Virus record (IMG/VR): IMGVR_UViG_3300028026_000005
Coordinates: 22,962-86,961 of that record
Source of the DNA: a virus
Reading direction: 5' to 3' (one strand)
DNA: 64,000 bases
In this document: positions 46,453 through 55,902 of the stretch, in pieces
How positions within the stretch are numbered: the first letter of the stretch is position 1
How the letters are laid out: the number at the start of each line of letters is the position of its first letter
Made by a program: the position numbers and the translations under genes
The notes under the pieces: model-generated
Seen by the model: only the letters and a program-made list of their open reading frames with translations
Told to the model about the DNA's origin: nothing
The model's database searches: none

Positions 46453-47265
46453 ATGATGTTCCAGCCCTCGAACAAAAACCAAGTTGACAGGAACGAGATT
46501 CTAGCTCTCAGTGAGATATTGAAAGCAAATGCAAACCTTACAAAGAACGCTGGTGTCAACGACCCTTATGCAAACTATATGAGTAAAACTGCTGCCGACA
46601 AGATGAAAAAGGCCGATGAGGCTATGGCTCAGTTTTTCACAGAACTTTCAAAAACAGGTTCATACACCCCGCAGGATTTCAGTAATCTCAGAAATGCTAT
46701 GTTGTTGTATGGTATAGGTGCTATGGCAAAGACAGCGGTTAAAAAAGCTTTCTTTAACCGTAAGGCAACTCTTAACGATGTCGAGACTAAGATAGCTTCT
46801 GGCGAACTTGGTGCGGAACAGATTTATCAGATAAAGACAGCAGGGTCAACTCCTGAGAGCCGCGAAGTAGCGAGTTATTACGTTGCGCTAATAAAAGAAG
46901 GCGAAGAGCTCGCTAAAGAGACTCTGGGCGAAAACGACGTTCAGGGAGTTGTTCAAGCTGCTGCTGAAGAGATAGACAAAGATCAAAACATGCAGGAAGC
47001 TGTGGCTAGCAACCCTGATGCGCTAACTGAAGTCATCACCACTGTTGCCGATGGAGGCCTTGAGTTGGCTAAAGAGCAGATTATTTCAGCCGGTGCTCCC
47101 CCAGAAGATCCTACCGTGCAGGGAGCTATGGCCGGAGCAAGTCTTGCTGCGGAGAGCATGAAAGCAATAGGCGAGCAGATCGGGGCTGGTCTTATGGAAG
47201 AAAGCCAGGCTAGGGTCGACGCTGCTGGTCAAGGAGGCGCTGAAGAACCGCCTGTTAGCGCATAG
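46453..47265 (+). CDS. Putative scaffolding/internal-head protein
   Basis: AAGGAGG RBS; KNAG, KTAA, KTAV, KTAG; acidic Ala-rich C-terminus. Confidence 0.65.
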   Translation: MMFQPSNKNQVDRNEILALSEILKANANLTKNAGVNDPYANYMSKTAADKMKKADEAMAQFFTELSKTGSYTPQDFSNLRNAMLLYGIGAMAKTAVKKAFFNRKATLNDVETKIASGELGAEQIYQIKTAGSTPESREVASYYVALIKEGEELAKETLGENDVQGVVQAAAEEIDKDQNMQEAVASNPDALTEVITTVADGGLELAKEQIISAGAPPEDPTVQGAMAGASLAAESMKAIGEQIGAGLMEESQARVDAAGQGGAEEPPVSA

Positions 47266-47478
47266 GTGGTCGACGTGGGTGCATTTAACGATATTGCCAC
47301 AAAAACATTAGCCAACCTCTTGAAAGGTAACAGTCTTAATAAGACTGCAAACAATGCTGCACCCGCACCTGAAACTGACGACACAATAACTGAGACTAGT
47401 CAAATAGAGAAAGTAGCCTCATTGTTGCATGAGCACGGTGAGTTCTTAGAAGAGCTCAGTTCGGGTGCGTCGCAATGA
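47266..47478 (+). CDS. Small K-x-A family head protein
   Basis: NKTAN, EKVAS. Confidence 0.55.
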   Translation: MVDVGAFNDIATKTLANLLKGNSLNKTANNAAPAPETDDTITETSQIEKVASLLHEHGEFLEELSSGASQ

Positions 47479-48017
47479 ATGCCCCGCCTTTGTTTGTGCC
47501 GAAGTTTAGTGAGTTAATTGCTAATGACCTTGCGAGAGATACACAGGTTATTCTTGGAGAGATATCTTCAAGATATGTTGATAATCCTTTATTGAAACAA
47601 GCACTCGTATTTGATGCGATAGACTTAGCTGGCTCTGGAGCTCTTTATGCTGGTCAGACTTTAGCTGGCGGTGTTGGGGCTTTCTTGCGTAAGGCTGTAA
47701 ATACTGCACGTGGAGAAAAAGGTAAAAACACGGCAAGATTCCAGATACAGCAATTGAAACGAAAGCTGCAACATGACAGAAACATACTTAGGATGCAACA
47801 AGAAGCCTACAATAAAGCAATGCCGTACCAATATGTAGAAACAAAATTAAAGGAAAAAGCCAAATACGAAAGGTCGCCGGCATGGTTGCGTAACCCTAGC
47901 GGTAATCCGAAACACAAGGCGGTAGACCCTCAGCCCCATTTGCAAATAAAAGGAGCGGCTTTGAAATTGTCGTCGTTGTTTAATGACTCGGTACGTCATG
48001 AGGAGAATGAAAAATGA
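47475..48017 (+). CDS. K-x-A family head-module protein
   Basis: LKQAL, IKGAA; coupled to neighbours. Confidence 0.6.
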   Translation: MNAPPLFVPKFSELIANDLARDTQVILGEISSRYVDNPLLKQALVFDAIDLAGSGALYAGQTLAGGVGAFLRKAVNTARGEKGKNTARFQIQQLKRKLQHDRNILRMQQEAYNKAMPYQYVETKLKEKAKYERSPAWLRNPSGNPKHKAVDPQPHLQIKGAALKLSSLFNDSVRHEENEK

Positions 48018-48397
48018 GCGAAGTTTCTTTAGACAGTAACTATCTCGGTAAATTGAGTGTTTTGCTCAAAACAGCAAGCTTTATGTTGACCGAAGAGCGT
48101 CAAAAAGTGCAAGAACTTGAGAAAAAGCTCGCAGAACTAACGAGTGGCAATGAAACGAAAGTAGCCACTGACAAAGCGGTTACGTTGCTTAAAGCTCATC
48201 CAGCATTTAGCTCCATGAGCGATGAGCAGCTGCAAAAGGTGGCTAATTCACTAGGCAAGGATGGCGTTGCGCAGATCGTCAAACAGGCGCAAGGCCCAGA
48301 ACCTTTAGGAGACCCTAGTGCTGGACCATCTTCTTCTGCTGGTAGAATTCCTCGTCAGATGGTAGGGCTTGTTGAAGCCTTGTCTGCCAACCGATGA
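48014..48397 (+). CDS. Putative scaffold protein (coiled coil)
   Basis: LKTAS, TKVAT, QKVAN, VKQAQ; coiled coil; just before the decoration and capsid genes. Confidence 0.6.
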   Translation: MSEVSLDSNYLGKLSVLLKTASFMLTEERQKVQELEKKLAELTSGNETKVATDKAVTLLKAHPAFSSMSDEQLQKVANSLGKDGVAQIVKQAQGPEPLGDPSAGPSSSAGRIPRQMVGLVEALSANR

Positions 48398-48443
48398 AGA
48401 TGAAGTTGATTGACATGATGAAACGCCTAGGAGGCAAATTATT

Positions 48444-48911
48444 ATGAATTTTAAAAGAAAAATAGAACCTTTGCAAGGTTTAGGTAAAACAATGCACCTC
48501 TATAGTTTAGAGTGCGTGAACGCTTGCACAGCCAAGACTGGAGCGACTGTTGGCTACGACACTGCAGGGTTGCTGGATATAACTGGAACCACACCGCCTG
48601 CACAGATGTTTTTAACCTACTACGGTTATGATGAGATCGGACATGGCCCAATGGCTTCAGATTTGAATGGTGAGGAAGGCGCTCATTTTAGCGCCAATAT
48701 GCTCACCGTTCTTCGAGGAGAGGGTAAGGTTGCCCTACATACCGACTTTGTTGATAGTGCAAGCGGCTTGTCAGTAGGCGACACTCTTACTGCTCGCGGT
48801 GGTAAACTTTATGCTGCAGCGACTGGACAGTATATCCACGCTGTAGTAGCTAAGGCTGCAGCCAATAACTACATTGAACTTGAAATCGGCCACTATGGCG
48901 TGAAGTCCTAG
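48444..48911 (+). CDS. Head decoration/cement-like protein
   Basis: Immediately before the capsid gene; LSVGDTLTARGGKL..HAVVAKAA pattern of small head-decoration proteins. Confidence 0.55.
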   Translation: MNFKRKIEPLQGLGKTMHLYSLECVNACTAKTGATVGYDTAGLLDITGTTPPAQMFLTYYGYDEIGHGPMASDLNGEEGAHFSANMLTVLRGEGKVALHTDFVDSASGLSVGDTLTARGGKLYAAATGQYIHAVVAKAAANNYIELEIGHYGVKS

Positions 48912-48923
48912 GAGGAATGAATA

Positions 48924-49931
48924 ATGTCTACTAAAGAAGCAACAAGTCATATACATGAGTTTAACCAGAACGACTTGGTTAAATCAGCAAGTATCTTACG
49001 GGAATTCGTAGACGGTACCCCTAGCTCTTGGGATAATTTTGTAAAAGCCGCAGCCGAACCTGCTTCAGCAATCAAGATATCTAACGGTATAGCGTCTTAT
49101 GTATCGATGAAAATGCGCGAAGAAATGTTCACCGACATTGTTCTGCCGCCCGTAAAGGTTCTTCCTAATGAGCTTATCCCCATGCAGGATGAAGACAAAG
49201 TATATTTCATGGTTGAACGAGATGATACAGAAACCGAAGCATACTGGACACCTTTTGAGGCAGGATCTGTTGGTGAAATTAACCCGACATCTAGACGTTT
49301 GCCTATTCCTATGGAAAAGATAAAAATAAAAACCATTCGAAAAGAAAAAACTGACCTATATGCTTACAAGATGGATTTGATGAGCCTGATTGATAAAGCT
49401 ATCTTTGATGCGATCCGTGCGGTCGTTGACTCAGGCTTTTTAACAATAGCCGGGCAAATAATCTCACAACACTCCGAAAACGCTGTTACTCTCAGTGGCG
49501 GAACATTAGAGAAACAGCATATTGTTGCGCTAAAGAAAAAGATGGCAGATTTCAGGATCGATCCAATACCAAGCAATGTTCCTAAGGCAGAAGATAGTAC
49601 TCCCGCCTGTTTGCTTTTCAACAGATCGAGATTCTACGATGTCGAAAATTGGGATCCAGATTCCGTAGGTGATGATATTACAAAAGAACTTTTCATCAAC
49701 GGTTATTCATGGCCTACCTTTATGGGTCTACGATTTGCCAAGAGTTTTGATGCTCCGAAAGATAAGATCTGGCTGTTTGGTCCGCCTAAATATTTGGGAG
49801 TCAATGCAATCCTTGACGATTTGACTGTAACTGTACGAGTTGAAGCTGATACTCTTATTATTGATGCATGGATGGTACGCGGACTTGGTATAGTCAACAC
49901 TAAGCCCGTAATTGAAGGCACACTGACCTAG
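48924..49931 (+). CDS. Major capsid protein (HK97-like fold)
   Basis: 335 aa, AGGAGG RBS; YVSMKMREEMFTDIVLPP, IKTIRKEKTDL..MDL, KIWLFGPPKYLG; position between protease/scaffold and neck genes; strong hairpin downstream. Confidence 0.75.
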   Translation: MSTKEATSHIHEFNQNDLVKSASILREFVDGTPSSWDNFVKAAAEPASAIKISNGIASYVSMKMREEMFTDIVLPPVKVLPNELIPMQDEDKVYFMVERDDTETEAYWTPFEAGSVGEINPTSRRLPIPMEKIKIKTIRKEKTDLYAYKMDLMSLIDKAIFDAIRAVVDSGFLTIAGQIISQHSENAVTLSGGTLEKQHIVALKKKMADFRIDPIPSNVPKAEDSTPACLLFNRSRFYDVENWDPDSVGDDITKELFINGYSWPTFMGLRFAKSFDAPKDKIWLFGPPKYLGVNAILDDLTVTVRVEADTLIIDAWMVRGLGIVNTKPVIEGTLT

Positions 49932-49944
49932 AATGTTAAAACAA

Positions 49945-49968
49945 TGAGGCGGCTTTTTGGCCGCCTCA
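49945..49968. terminator. Stem-loop after the capsid gene (terminator/attenuator)
   Basis: TGAGGCGGC-tttttg-GCCGCCTCA; lacks a long U tract. Confidence 0.55.
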
Positions 49969-49984
49969 AATCTGGAGGATAATT

Positions 49985-50512
49985 ATGTCGCCAAATTTTC
50001 CTGAAAGAACATACCCAACGCCGATTACGATAGAGGTGTTGCCTAGCAGTTGGGGCGTAGGTACTCTTGTTATAGGAAGAATCCTATTAGAGGGTCCTAC
50101 TGAAGAAAAGACATTGTTCACCGTATCTGCTGCGCAGGCCACGAAGTCGTCAAGAGCAATCAGAAAAAGTGTAGAGAGGGGAATAATAGAAGTACATGAA
50201 ACACCTATTGCAGCTTCTTCTAAAGAGAAGAAAGAGAAGAAACTGAAAGACGAAAAGAAAAAGTTCTCCAATGAAGATGACAGTGAAGTAAAGATACTTT
50301 CTTTCAACGAAAGTAAAAAGAACAAGATTATTTCTACTGGTCCTGAAACTGGTCCTGAAACTGGTCCTGAAACTGGCCCTGAAACTGGTCCTACTGGTCC
50401 TGAAACTGGTCCTGAAACTGGCCCTGAAACTGGCCCTGAAACTGGTCCTACTGGTCCTGAAACTGGCCATACTGGTGGCAGTAAGAAAAAGAACAGAAGG
50501 AAAAGAAAGTAG
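49985..50512 (+). CDS. Hypothetical protein with TGPE repeat tail
   Basis: GGAGG RBS; charged linker, (TGPE)n, basic C-terminus. Confidence 0.7.
   Translation: MSPNFPERTYPTPITIEVLPSSWGVGTLVIGRILLEGPTEEKTLFTVSAAQATKSSRAIRKSVERGIIEVHETPIAASSKEKKEKKLKDEKKKFSNEDDSEVKILSFNESKKNKIISTGPETGPETGPETGPETGPTGPETGPETGPETGPETGPTGPETGHTGGSKKKNRRKRK
50336..50470 (+). repeat. 12-nt tandem repeat (ACTGGYCCTGAA) encoding (TGPE)4-TGP-(TGPE)4[10 protein letters not shown]
   Basis: Seen directly. Confidence 0.95.
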
Positions 50513-50539
50513 AATGCAAAGTAGAAAGGTGTCTCGTTA

Positions 50540-50995
50540 ATGCCTCTAGGTAAGTCAAAGATGACGATGGAAAAGTACATCGCTATTGTTCGGGTTAAAA
50601 TTAGGGATTACCCAGAGCTAAATCGCCTAGAGAAATTCGAAAAGGCAATAAATTCAGATGCAATGATTGCGATGGCTATAGAAACAGGGCTTGAAAAATT
50701 TAACGGGACACCTCCATCTACAAACGTAACAGTCGAAACGTTCCCAAGAAAATATTTGTTAGTTGACTTAGCTCTGTTGGAGTTGCTTATTTCTGAAGGT
50801 CTGTTTTATACTAAAAATTCTCTTTCTTATCAAGATGCGAGAGTAATGATTTCAGATAAGGAGGGCAAGGATAATTCGACGATGATGTGGATTAAGCAAT
50901 TTATGCAAACAACGATACTTAGTACTCGGGAATTCAAAAAAGAACAAAATCTTCGTGGAGCGTTTGGGGGGATAAGCTCTGGTTATGCCAGGTAA
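50540..50995 (+). CDS. Head-tail adaptor/neck protein
   Basis: [21 protein letters not shown]; position after the capsid gene. Confidence 0.6.
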   Translation: MPLGKSKMTMEKYIAIVRVKIRDYPELNRLEKFEKAINSDAMIAMAIETGLEKFNGTPPSTNVTVETFPRKYLLVDLALLELLISEGLFYTKNSLSYQDARVMISDKEGKDNSTMMWIKQFMQTTILSTREFKKEQNLRGAFGGISSGYAR

Positions 50996-51758
50996 AATAG
51001 TTGACATTGACATTGCTTCTGCCGGTCGCAATGCAGTGGTGTTAAACTGGGCATATTGGCTTGATCCTTACGATCTTGCAGACAATGTTTCAAACTATAG
51101 TGTCCATGTGTCTTATTCTGAGCATCCTGAGGTGGGCTATAGCCAACCAATTTCAGTAGACCTTAGTGATAAAGAAGTAAAGTTTGAGGGGCTGAAACAT
51201 TTGAGTCAGCTTGGTTTTTTATATTATTGGAAAGTAGAGTTGTATAGGGGGCAAGAGCTGCTTGAAACAAAGTTAATATGGCTAAAGCCTAAACCTGATG
51301 GCATTGCAAATGTTTTTAGAGAAAAATATGAAATCGCGATGAAATATGTTTTACGAAAGACGGCGCGTCTTTATATGCAACGAATAACCGAAGGTGCCTG
51401 TCCTGAGTGTGTAGATATTAGGACTGGTGATCCGATAGCTGAAGAGTGCGAGTCATGTTTAGGCTCGCGGAAAAAAGGTGGCTATTGGGATCCTGTCGAG
51501 ATATGGATTAATCCAGACCCTGAAGTTTTTACAGATGATAACTCTTTGGTGTCATCAGATAGAACTATGCGTAATTTCTTACTGCCGTTTTATCCTTCTC
51601 CGCGAGAAAAAGATATAGTGTACTTTGAGGAAGAAGGTGTGTTGTATATGATAAACAATTTAGTCCCGAACGTGCGAAGCGGAGGATATATCTATATAAT
51701 TGCGTCAGTTATCGCTTTACCAAGGGATCACGTTGCATATAAATTGTTGGAGCCATAA
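50985..51758 (+). CDS. Neck/head-closure protein with Zn ribbon
   Basis: CPEC..CESCLG..GGYWDP; FLLPFYPSPREKDIV. Confidence 0.6.
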   Translation: MPGKIVDIDIASAGRNAVVLNWAYWLDPYDLADNVSNYSVHVSYSEHPEVGYSQPISVDLSDKEVKFEGLKHLSQLGFLYYWKVELYRGQELLETKLIWLKPKPDGIANVFREKYEIAMKYVLRKTARLYMQRITEGACPECVDIRTGDPIAEECESCLGSRKKGGYWDPVEIWINPDPEVFTDDNSLVSSDRTMRNFLLPFYPSPREKDIVYFEEEGVLYMINNLVPNVRSGGYIYIIASVIALPRDHVAYKLLEP

Positions 51759-52066
51759 TGAGCAATTTTGTAAACGAGAATGCGGGCGGGCTGTTGGCTG
51801 CTAACGCAAGAAGAGCGGCTCTTAGTATGAATTTACCTCAAGATAGCGAGTCGATAAAAAAGAAGATTAGGGAAAATTTCAAAAACAGGGTTAAGCTACC
51901 TTCTAGTATGATTCCGAAATTGGCCGTAGCCACGATAACTAAGATTTTAGAAAGTGGCAAATACCCGCTGAAATTAAAGAGTATAGTCAATGAGATTGCA
52001 AAAGGGTTTGTTGCAACTGAAAAGCAGATAAAATCTGCAAAAGCAGTTGGGTGTTGCGATGTCTGA
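51758..52066 (+). CDS. Hypothetical protein
   Basis: 102-aa ORF coupled to neighbours in the neck cluster. Confidence 0.5.
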   Translation: MSNFVNENAGGLLAANARRAALSMNLPQDSESIKKKIRENFKNRVKLPSSMIPKLAVATITKILESGKYPLKLKSIVNEIAKGFVATEKQIKSAKAVGCCDV

Positions 52067-52715
52067 TTTTGCAACATCATTGTTCCAGATATATGAGGTT
52101 GGAGAAGAGCGAAGTAGATTCAATTTTGTCGAATTGATCGAAGAAAGATTAGTCTTGCGGCTGAAAGATTGGTTTTACAGAGCTATTGAGAGCGGGAGTT
52201 TACATTACGATTGGAACGACGGTGCTGATTCCGATTTCGCAATTATTACGCAGTATCCGTGGGACTTATCAGGTACTGATCAGGTTAACGTAAGGCGCGG
52301 GATAGTAGTTGAGGCTCAAGGGGTTACGGATAAACATAGGAGCATTGGAGACAGCGTAGACAAGGTAACGTGGAGTTATCCTCAATACCACCATCTTGAA
52401 GCATTGTCTTCTGTTGTGGAACTAACAGCTTTTTCTTATATCCGAGCTGAAGTAGGACAGCTGTTGTCAAGCATTTTTGCGCTTATCAAGTACGATCCAA
52501 GCGCTTTTCTTGCTGGTGCATTTAGCTATATTGGTCAACCACAAATTACGGCGATTGGCAGGCTGCAGCCTCAATTCCTTCCGAAATCTCAACAGGATTT
52601 TCCGTTTGTCGGAAGGATTGTGTTGCCGGTTACTGTTCGCCACGATTGGGTGACGTCGATTGAAAACGCTCCAGAGTTGGCTGGGTTTAATATTCTCACG
52701 ATCGAGGAAGAGTAA
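52059..52715 (+). CDS. Tail terminator/completion protein
   Basis: Position directly before the sheath; beta-strand pattern VVELTAFSY..FVGRIVLPVTV (track start 52047). Confidence 0.5.
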   Translation: MSDFATSLFQIYEVGEERSRFNFVELIEERLVLRLKDWFYRAIESGSLHYDWNDGADSDFAIITQYPWDLSGTDQVNVRRGIVVEAQGVTDKHRSIGDSVDKVTWSYPQYHHLEALSSVVELTAFSYIRAEVGQLLSSIFALIKYDPSAFLAGAFSYIGQPQITAIGRLQPQFLPKSQQDFPFVGRIVLPVTVRHDWVTSIENAPELAGFNILTIEEE

Positions 52716-52733
52716 TGAAGTTTATCAAACAGT

Positions 52734-52748
52734 GGCTACTCGGTAGCC
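52734..52748 (+). repeat. GCCAC-N3-GTGGC family variant with compensatory change (GGCTAC-TCG-GTAGCC)
   Basis: Intergenic, 20 nt before the sheath start; both arms changed while symmetry is kept. Confidence 0.7.
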
Positions 52749-52767
52749 TTAAAATAAGGAGGACATA

Positions 52768-54630
52768 ATGGCATATCAGCCACCTGGTGTGAACATATAT
52801 CAAAAGTATGTAACCCCAGCCCCAGTCCTCGTTGAACCAGATCTGCCTGCAACAATTGTGGGCCCTGCGTTTCGTATCGTAGATCAAGAAGGCGTTAGCC
52901 CTGCAGTATACGCAGGCTCTCAACAAGCGTATGATATTGACGGGCTTGAGCCTTCGGATGTACTAAAGGGATATACGTCAACTTTTAAGGCGTATATTCG
53001 CAACGCAGCCGACTTGACGGTTTACGAGGTTGGATCAAGTGAAATTACTTTAGATGATCTTTTGCACAAGTTTACTCTCGCCGCCGGGATCGAAGTGAGT
53101 TTTGCAAATTATAGCACCGCTAACGGAGAAGTTGAAACAGGTGCTACATATACTCTTAAATCGACAGGCGCAGAATTCGAAGCTGATAAAATCATCATTG
53201 GGGACAAAGTTGTTCTTGACGACGGAACAGATCAGTTGACAACTACAGTTATTGCTGTAATTGATGATACTCACTTGCAGTTTAAGGATGAGTGGACACA
53301 CGGCCCGACAACATTGACGTATACAATTACTAGGCCTCTTTCTGGGGCGGTGTTGTGTTCATGTAAAGCTTTGCGGACAGATATAGCTTTGCAGATGTTG
53401 CCAATAGATTCTTATACTGATATTGCCACCTCGGTTGGCGATATAGATCCAGACAACCCTTTGGGGTACGCGTTATCAAAAGCGTACAGCAATTCTCAGG
53501 GGCAACGTATTTACGGCATGGCTATACCAGAAGATACGCCTTCTGGGTATTTATTAGCAAAGGATCAATTGAACTTGCAGGAAGCGCCTTACGCGATTAC
53601 TCCATTGTTTTTCGCTAATGACACGGCATGGGCTTCAACAGCTGGTGCGTTTGTTGATTTAGTTAGAACAAAAAGTTCTCCAGAAAGATGCGAGTTTGCC
53701 GTGCTCAATATGGCGCTAAAATATCTCCCTGATGAAGAGATTCTTGTAAATCGAAGTGGATTGTCTATTTCTCTCTCTCAAGGCGGAAATGAGTTTGAAG
53801 ATTCTGGAGCTACATTTGAGACAGTCGAAGTTGCTGCAGGAGATAAATTACGTATCGTTGATGCAGGTTCTGCGGATGCTGTCGAGGCAGATTGGACTAT
53901 ACTGGGAGTTGCTTCGGAACATAAGCTGTTTATAGCTGGAACATGGCCAGCCGCAGCTACAGTTGCAGAGTATAAAATTGTGAGAGAAAACTCTAAATCG
54001 GAAAAGGCTACCGCATTAAAGAAAATAGGTCAAGCTTACTTGAATCATCGAGTACGTTTGCAGGTGCCACAATACTGCAAAGATGGGAATGATGTGGTTG
54101 AAGGCTACCATATTTCTGCAGCAGTGTCTGGGCAAGATGCCGGAATGAACCCACCCTCCAGTCCGACCACAAACTATCCATTGAATGGATTCTCTGACAT
54201 TATGTACGCTAACGGGTATTTCGAACCAGCTGATCTTAACGAGATAGCGGAAGGTGGTATCGAGATATTCATCCAGGATGTTCCTGGCGCTCCATTTTTG
54301 TCGAGACATCAAATGACCACAGATACCACTCAAATAACTAAGCGTGAGCGTTCGATCGTTCGTGCGGTGGACTGGTTTTCCAGGTTTGCTAAAAAAGCTC
54401 TTGCTAAGTTTATTGGGCGGAACAATATCAGTGGGACATTTTTAACAATACTACGATTTATTGTGCAAGCTCTGATTAATTTTGCTAAAGACGTAAAAAG
54501 AGTTGTCGCCCCAGGAACTGTGCTTCAAAGCCTGGAGCAGAACGCCGACCAGCCCGATCATGTTGATGTTACTGTGAAGATTGCCAACTACTTCCCTGCG
54601 AATTATATAATAATGACCGTATTTGTATAA
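52768..54630 (+). CDS. Contractile tail sheath protein
   Basis: MAYQPPGVNIYQ N-terminus; C-terminal SRHQMTTD..RERSIVRAVDW..DHVDVTVKIANYFPANYI; AAGGAGG RBS. Confidence 0.85.
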   Translation: MAYQPPGVNIYQKYVTPAPVLVEPDLPATIVGPAFRIVDQEGVSPAVYAGSQQAYDIDGLEPSDVLKGYTSTFKAYIRNAADLTVYEVGSSEITLDDLLHKFTLAAGIEVSFANYSTANGEVETGATYTLKSTGAEFEADKIIIGDKVVLDDGTDQLTTTVIAVIDDTHLQFKDEWTHGPTTLTYTITRPLSGAVLCSCKALRTDIALQMLPIDSYTDIATSVGDIDPDNPLGYALSKAYSNSQGQRIYGMAIPEDTPSGYLLAKDQLNLQEAPYAITPLFFANDTAWASTAGAFVDLVRTKSSPERCEFAVLNMALKYLPDEEILVNRSGLSISLSQGGNEFEDSGATFETVEVAAGDKLRIVDAGSADAVEADWTILGVASEHKLFIAGTWPAAATVAEYKIVRENSKSEKATALKKIGQAYLNHRVRLQVPQYCKDGNDVVEGYHISAAVSGQDAGMNPPSSPTTNYPLNGFSDIMYANGYFEPADLNEIAEGGIEIFIQDVPGAPFLSRHQMTTDTTQITKRERSIVRAVDWFSRFAKKALAKFIGRNNISGTFLTILRFIVQALINFAKDVKRVVAPGTVLQSLEQNADQPDHVDVTVKIANYFPANYIIMTVFV

Positions 54631-54636
54631 GGAGTT

Positions 54637-55308
54637 ATGATGCCACAATCTCTTACCTTACCTCCGTGGAATTACAAGAACAAGCACGTCGAAAGCGGCA
54701 TCAAGCCGAATCAGTTTGTTGGTGCGCAGAACTGTTTGTTGTGTGCTGGGCCTGCTGCTTTAGAGTCTGGGGATGGTTCGTTCAATCTCCAGACGATTGG
54801 CGTAGTTGAAAACGTAATGATCAATCAGGCTAAAGCGTTACAGCGTATTTATGAAGTTGGTTCAAGTCTTCCATATATTGTACCTGGGCAAGTAAGTGTT
54901 GCCTTACAGCTCTCGCGTATTTTTATTTACGGGATGAGCTTGTTAGGTAGACTCTATCAGACTTATTTAGATATGGACGACGAGGATAATCCTCGCCCGT
55001 ACATTGATGATATAGAACAGGCATACCCTGACCCTGCAAGCCCTCCAAATTCTGGACAGCTTTACGCTAATTTGCAAAGTGACTTTTTCTCTCAGCCCAT
55101 AGGGATACTGTTTTGGTTCATGGATAATCAACCGCAAAACGCTGATACTCCAGGCCACACTGTTGGTGTAATGTACTCTGAGCATACTTTTGTAAGCTCT
55201 CATCAGTTTCAAATTAATTCTGGAGCGGTGATAATAATGGAAAGTAGTGCGCTTGAAGCAAGACGACTTTTCCCAGTAGATCTGCAAAGCATAGAAGTCC
55301 CAGTGTAG
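54637..55308 (+). CDS. Tail tube protein
   Basis: Follows the sheath; IGVVENVMINQ..QRIYEVGS..LQLSRI pattern. Confidence 0.75.
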   Translation: MMPQSLTLPPWNYKNKHVESGIKPNQFVGAQNCLLCAGPAALESGDGSFNLQTIGVVENVMINQAKALQRIYEVGSSLPYIVPGQVSVALQLSRIFIYGMSLLGRLYQTYLDMDDEDNPRPYIDDIEQAYPDPASPPNSGQLYANLQSDFFSQPIGILFWFMDNQPQNADTPGHTVGVMYSEHTFVSSHQFQINSGAVIIMESSALEARRLFPVDLQSIEVPV

Positions 55309-55331
55309 CTCGCTCTGGAACCGTAAAAAAG

Positions 55332-55363
55332 GAGGGTTGATCTTTTAGGTCAACCCTCTATTT
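55332..55363 (+). terminator. Intrinsic terminator after the tail tube gene
   Basis: GAGGGTTGA..TCAACCCTC stem, A run before and TATTT after. Confidence 0.75.
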
Positions 55364-55365
55364 AC

Positions 55366-55393
55366 TTGCTAAATCTATTATTTTTCGTATACT
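55366..55393 (+). promoter_or_regulatory. Probable sigma70 promoter
   Basis: TTGCTA-N16-TATACT, 5 nt before ATG 55399. Confidence 0.5.
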
Positions 55394-55398
55394 AGGCT

Positions 55399-55902
55399 AT
55401 GGGGAAAAATAATTTAATCCAAAAAAACATACCGAACGATCCATTTCTTAATGCCCAATTGGTGGCAAAACAACGGACGTCTTCAGTAAGGCAAATTCGA
55501 AGTTGGCTTCAAAGGAAACACAATGTTTATGTATCCTTAAAAGAAGTGTCCAAGCGATTGTCTCAATTGGTTAGAAGGCGCGTTCCTAAACTTGGCTTAT
55601 ACAAAATAGCTAAAAACGATCCTCTGGTTATTGAATTAACTCCTGTTGGTGAGATTTTTGTTGGACTTATTTGCGAATGCTCTAAGATAAAAAAACAAGT
55701 TACACCAAGGGAATGTTTGGAGTGTTTCGCTTTGCAGATGTGGGGCAAGGAAGTTAGTTGGGAAAAGTGTAGGGCTGTTAATACCGTAGTGTTGCCAGAT
55801 TCTTTAAGGAGATTGCTGTTTGCCGTCAAGTTTAAGCTCGGCACGACATACGTAGCCAGACAGGGAGAATTGGCTGAAGCCGACTCTAACCAGGGTACGT
55901 GA
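55399..55902 (+). CDS. Putative HTH + Cys-cluster DNA-binding protein
   Basis: SVRQIRSWLQRKHNVYVSLKEVSKRL (HTH-like); CECS..CLEC..C; no SD sequence. Confidence 0.5.
   Translation: MGKNNLIQKNIPNDPFLNAQLVAKQRTSSVRQIRSWLQRKHNVYVSLKEVSKRLSQLVRRRVPKLGLYKIAKNDPLVIELTPVGEIFVGLICECSKIKKQVTPRECLECFALQMWGKEVSWEKCRAVNTVVLPDSLRRLLFAVKFKLGTTYVARQGELAEADSNQGT

Noticed and set aside
50336-50470. Possible CRISPR array or collagen-like repeat
   Set aside because: Units are contiguous with no unique spacers and lie in frame in a CDS; Gly recurs mostly every 4 residues, not every 3.
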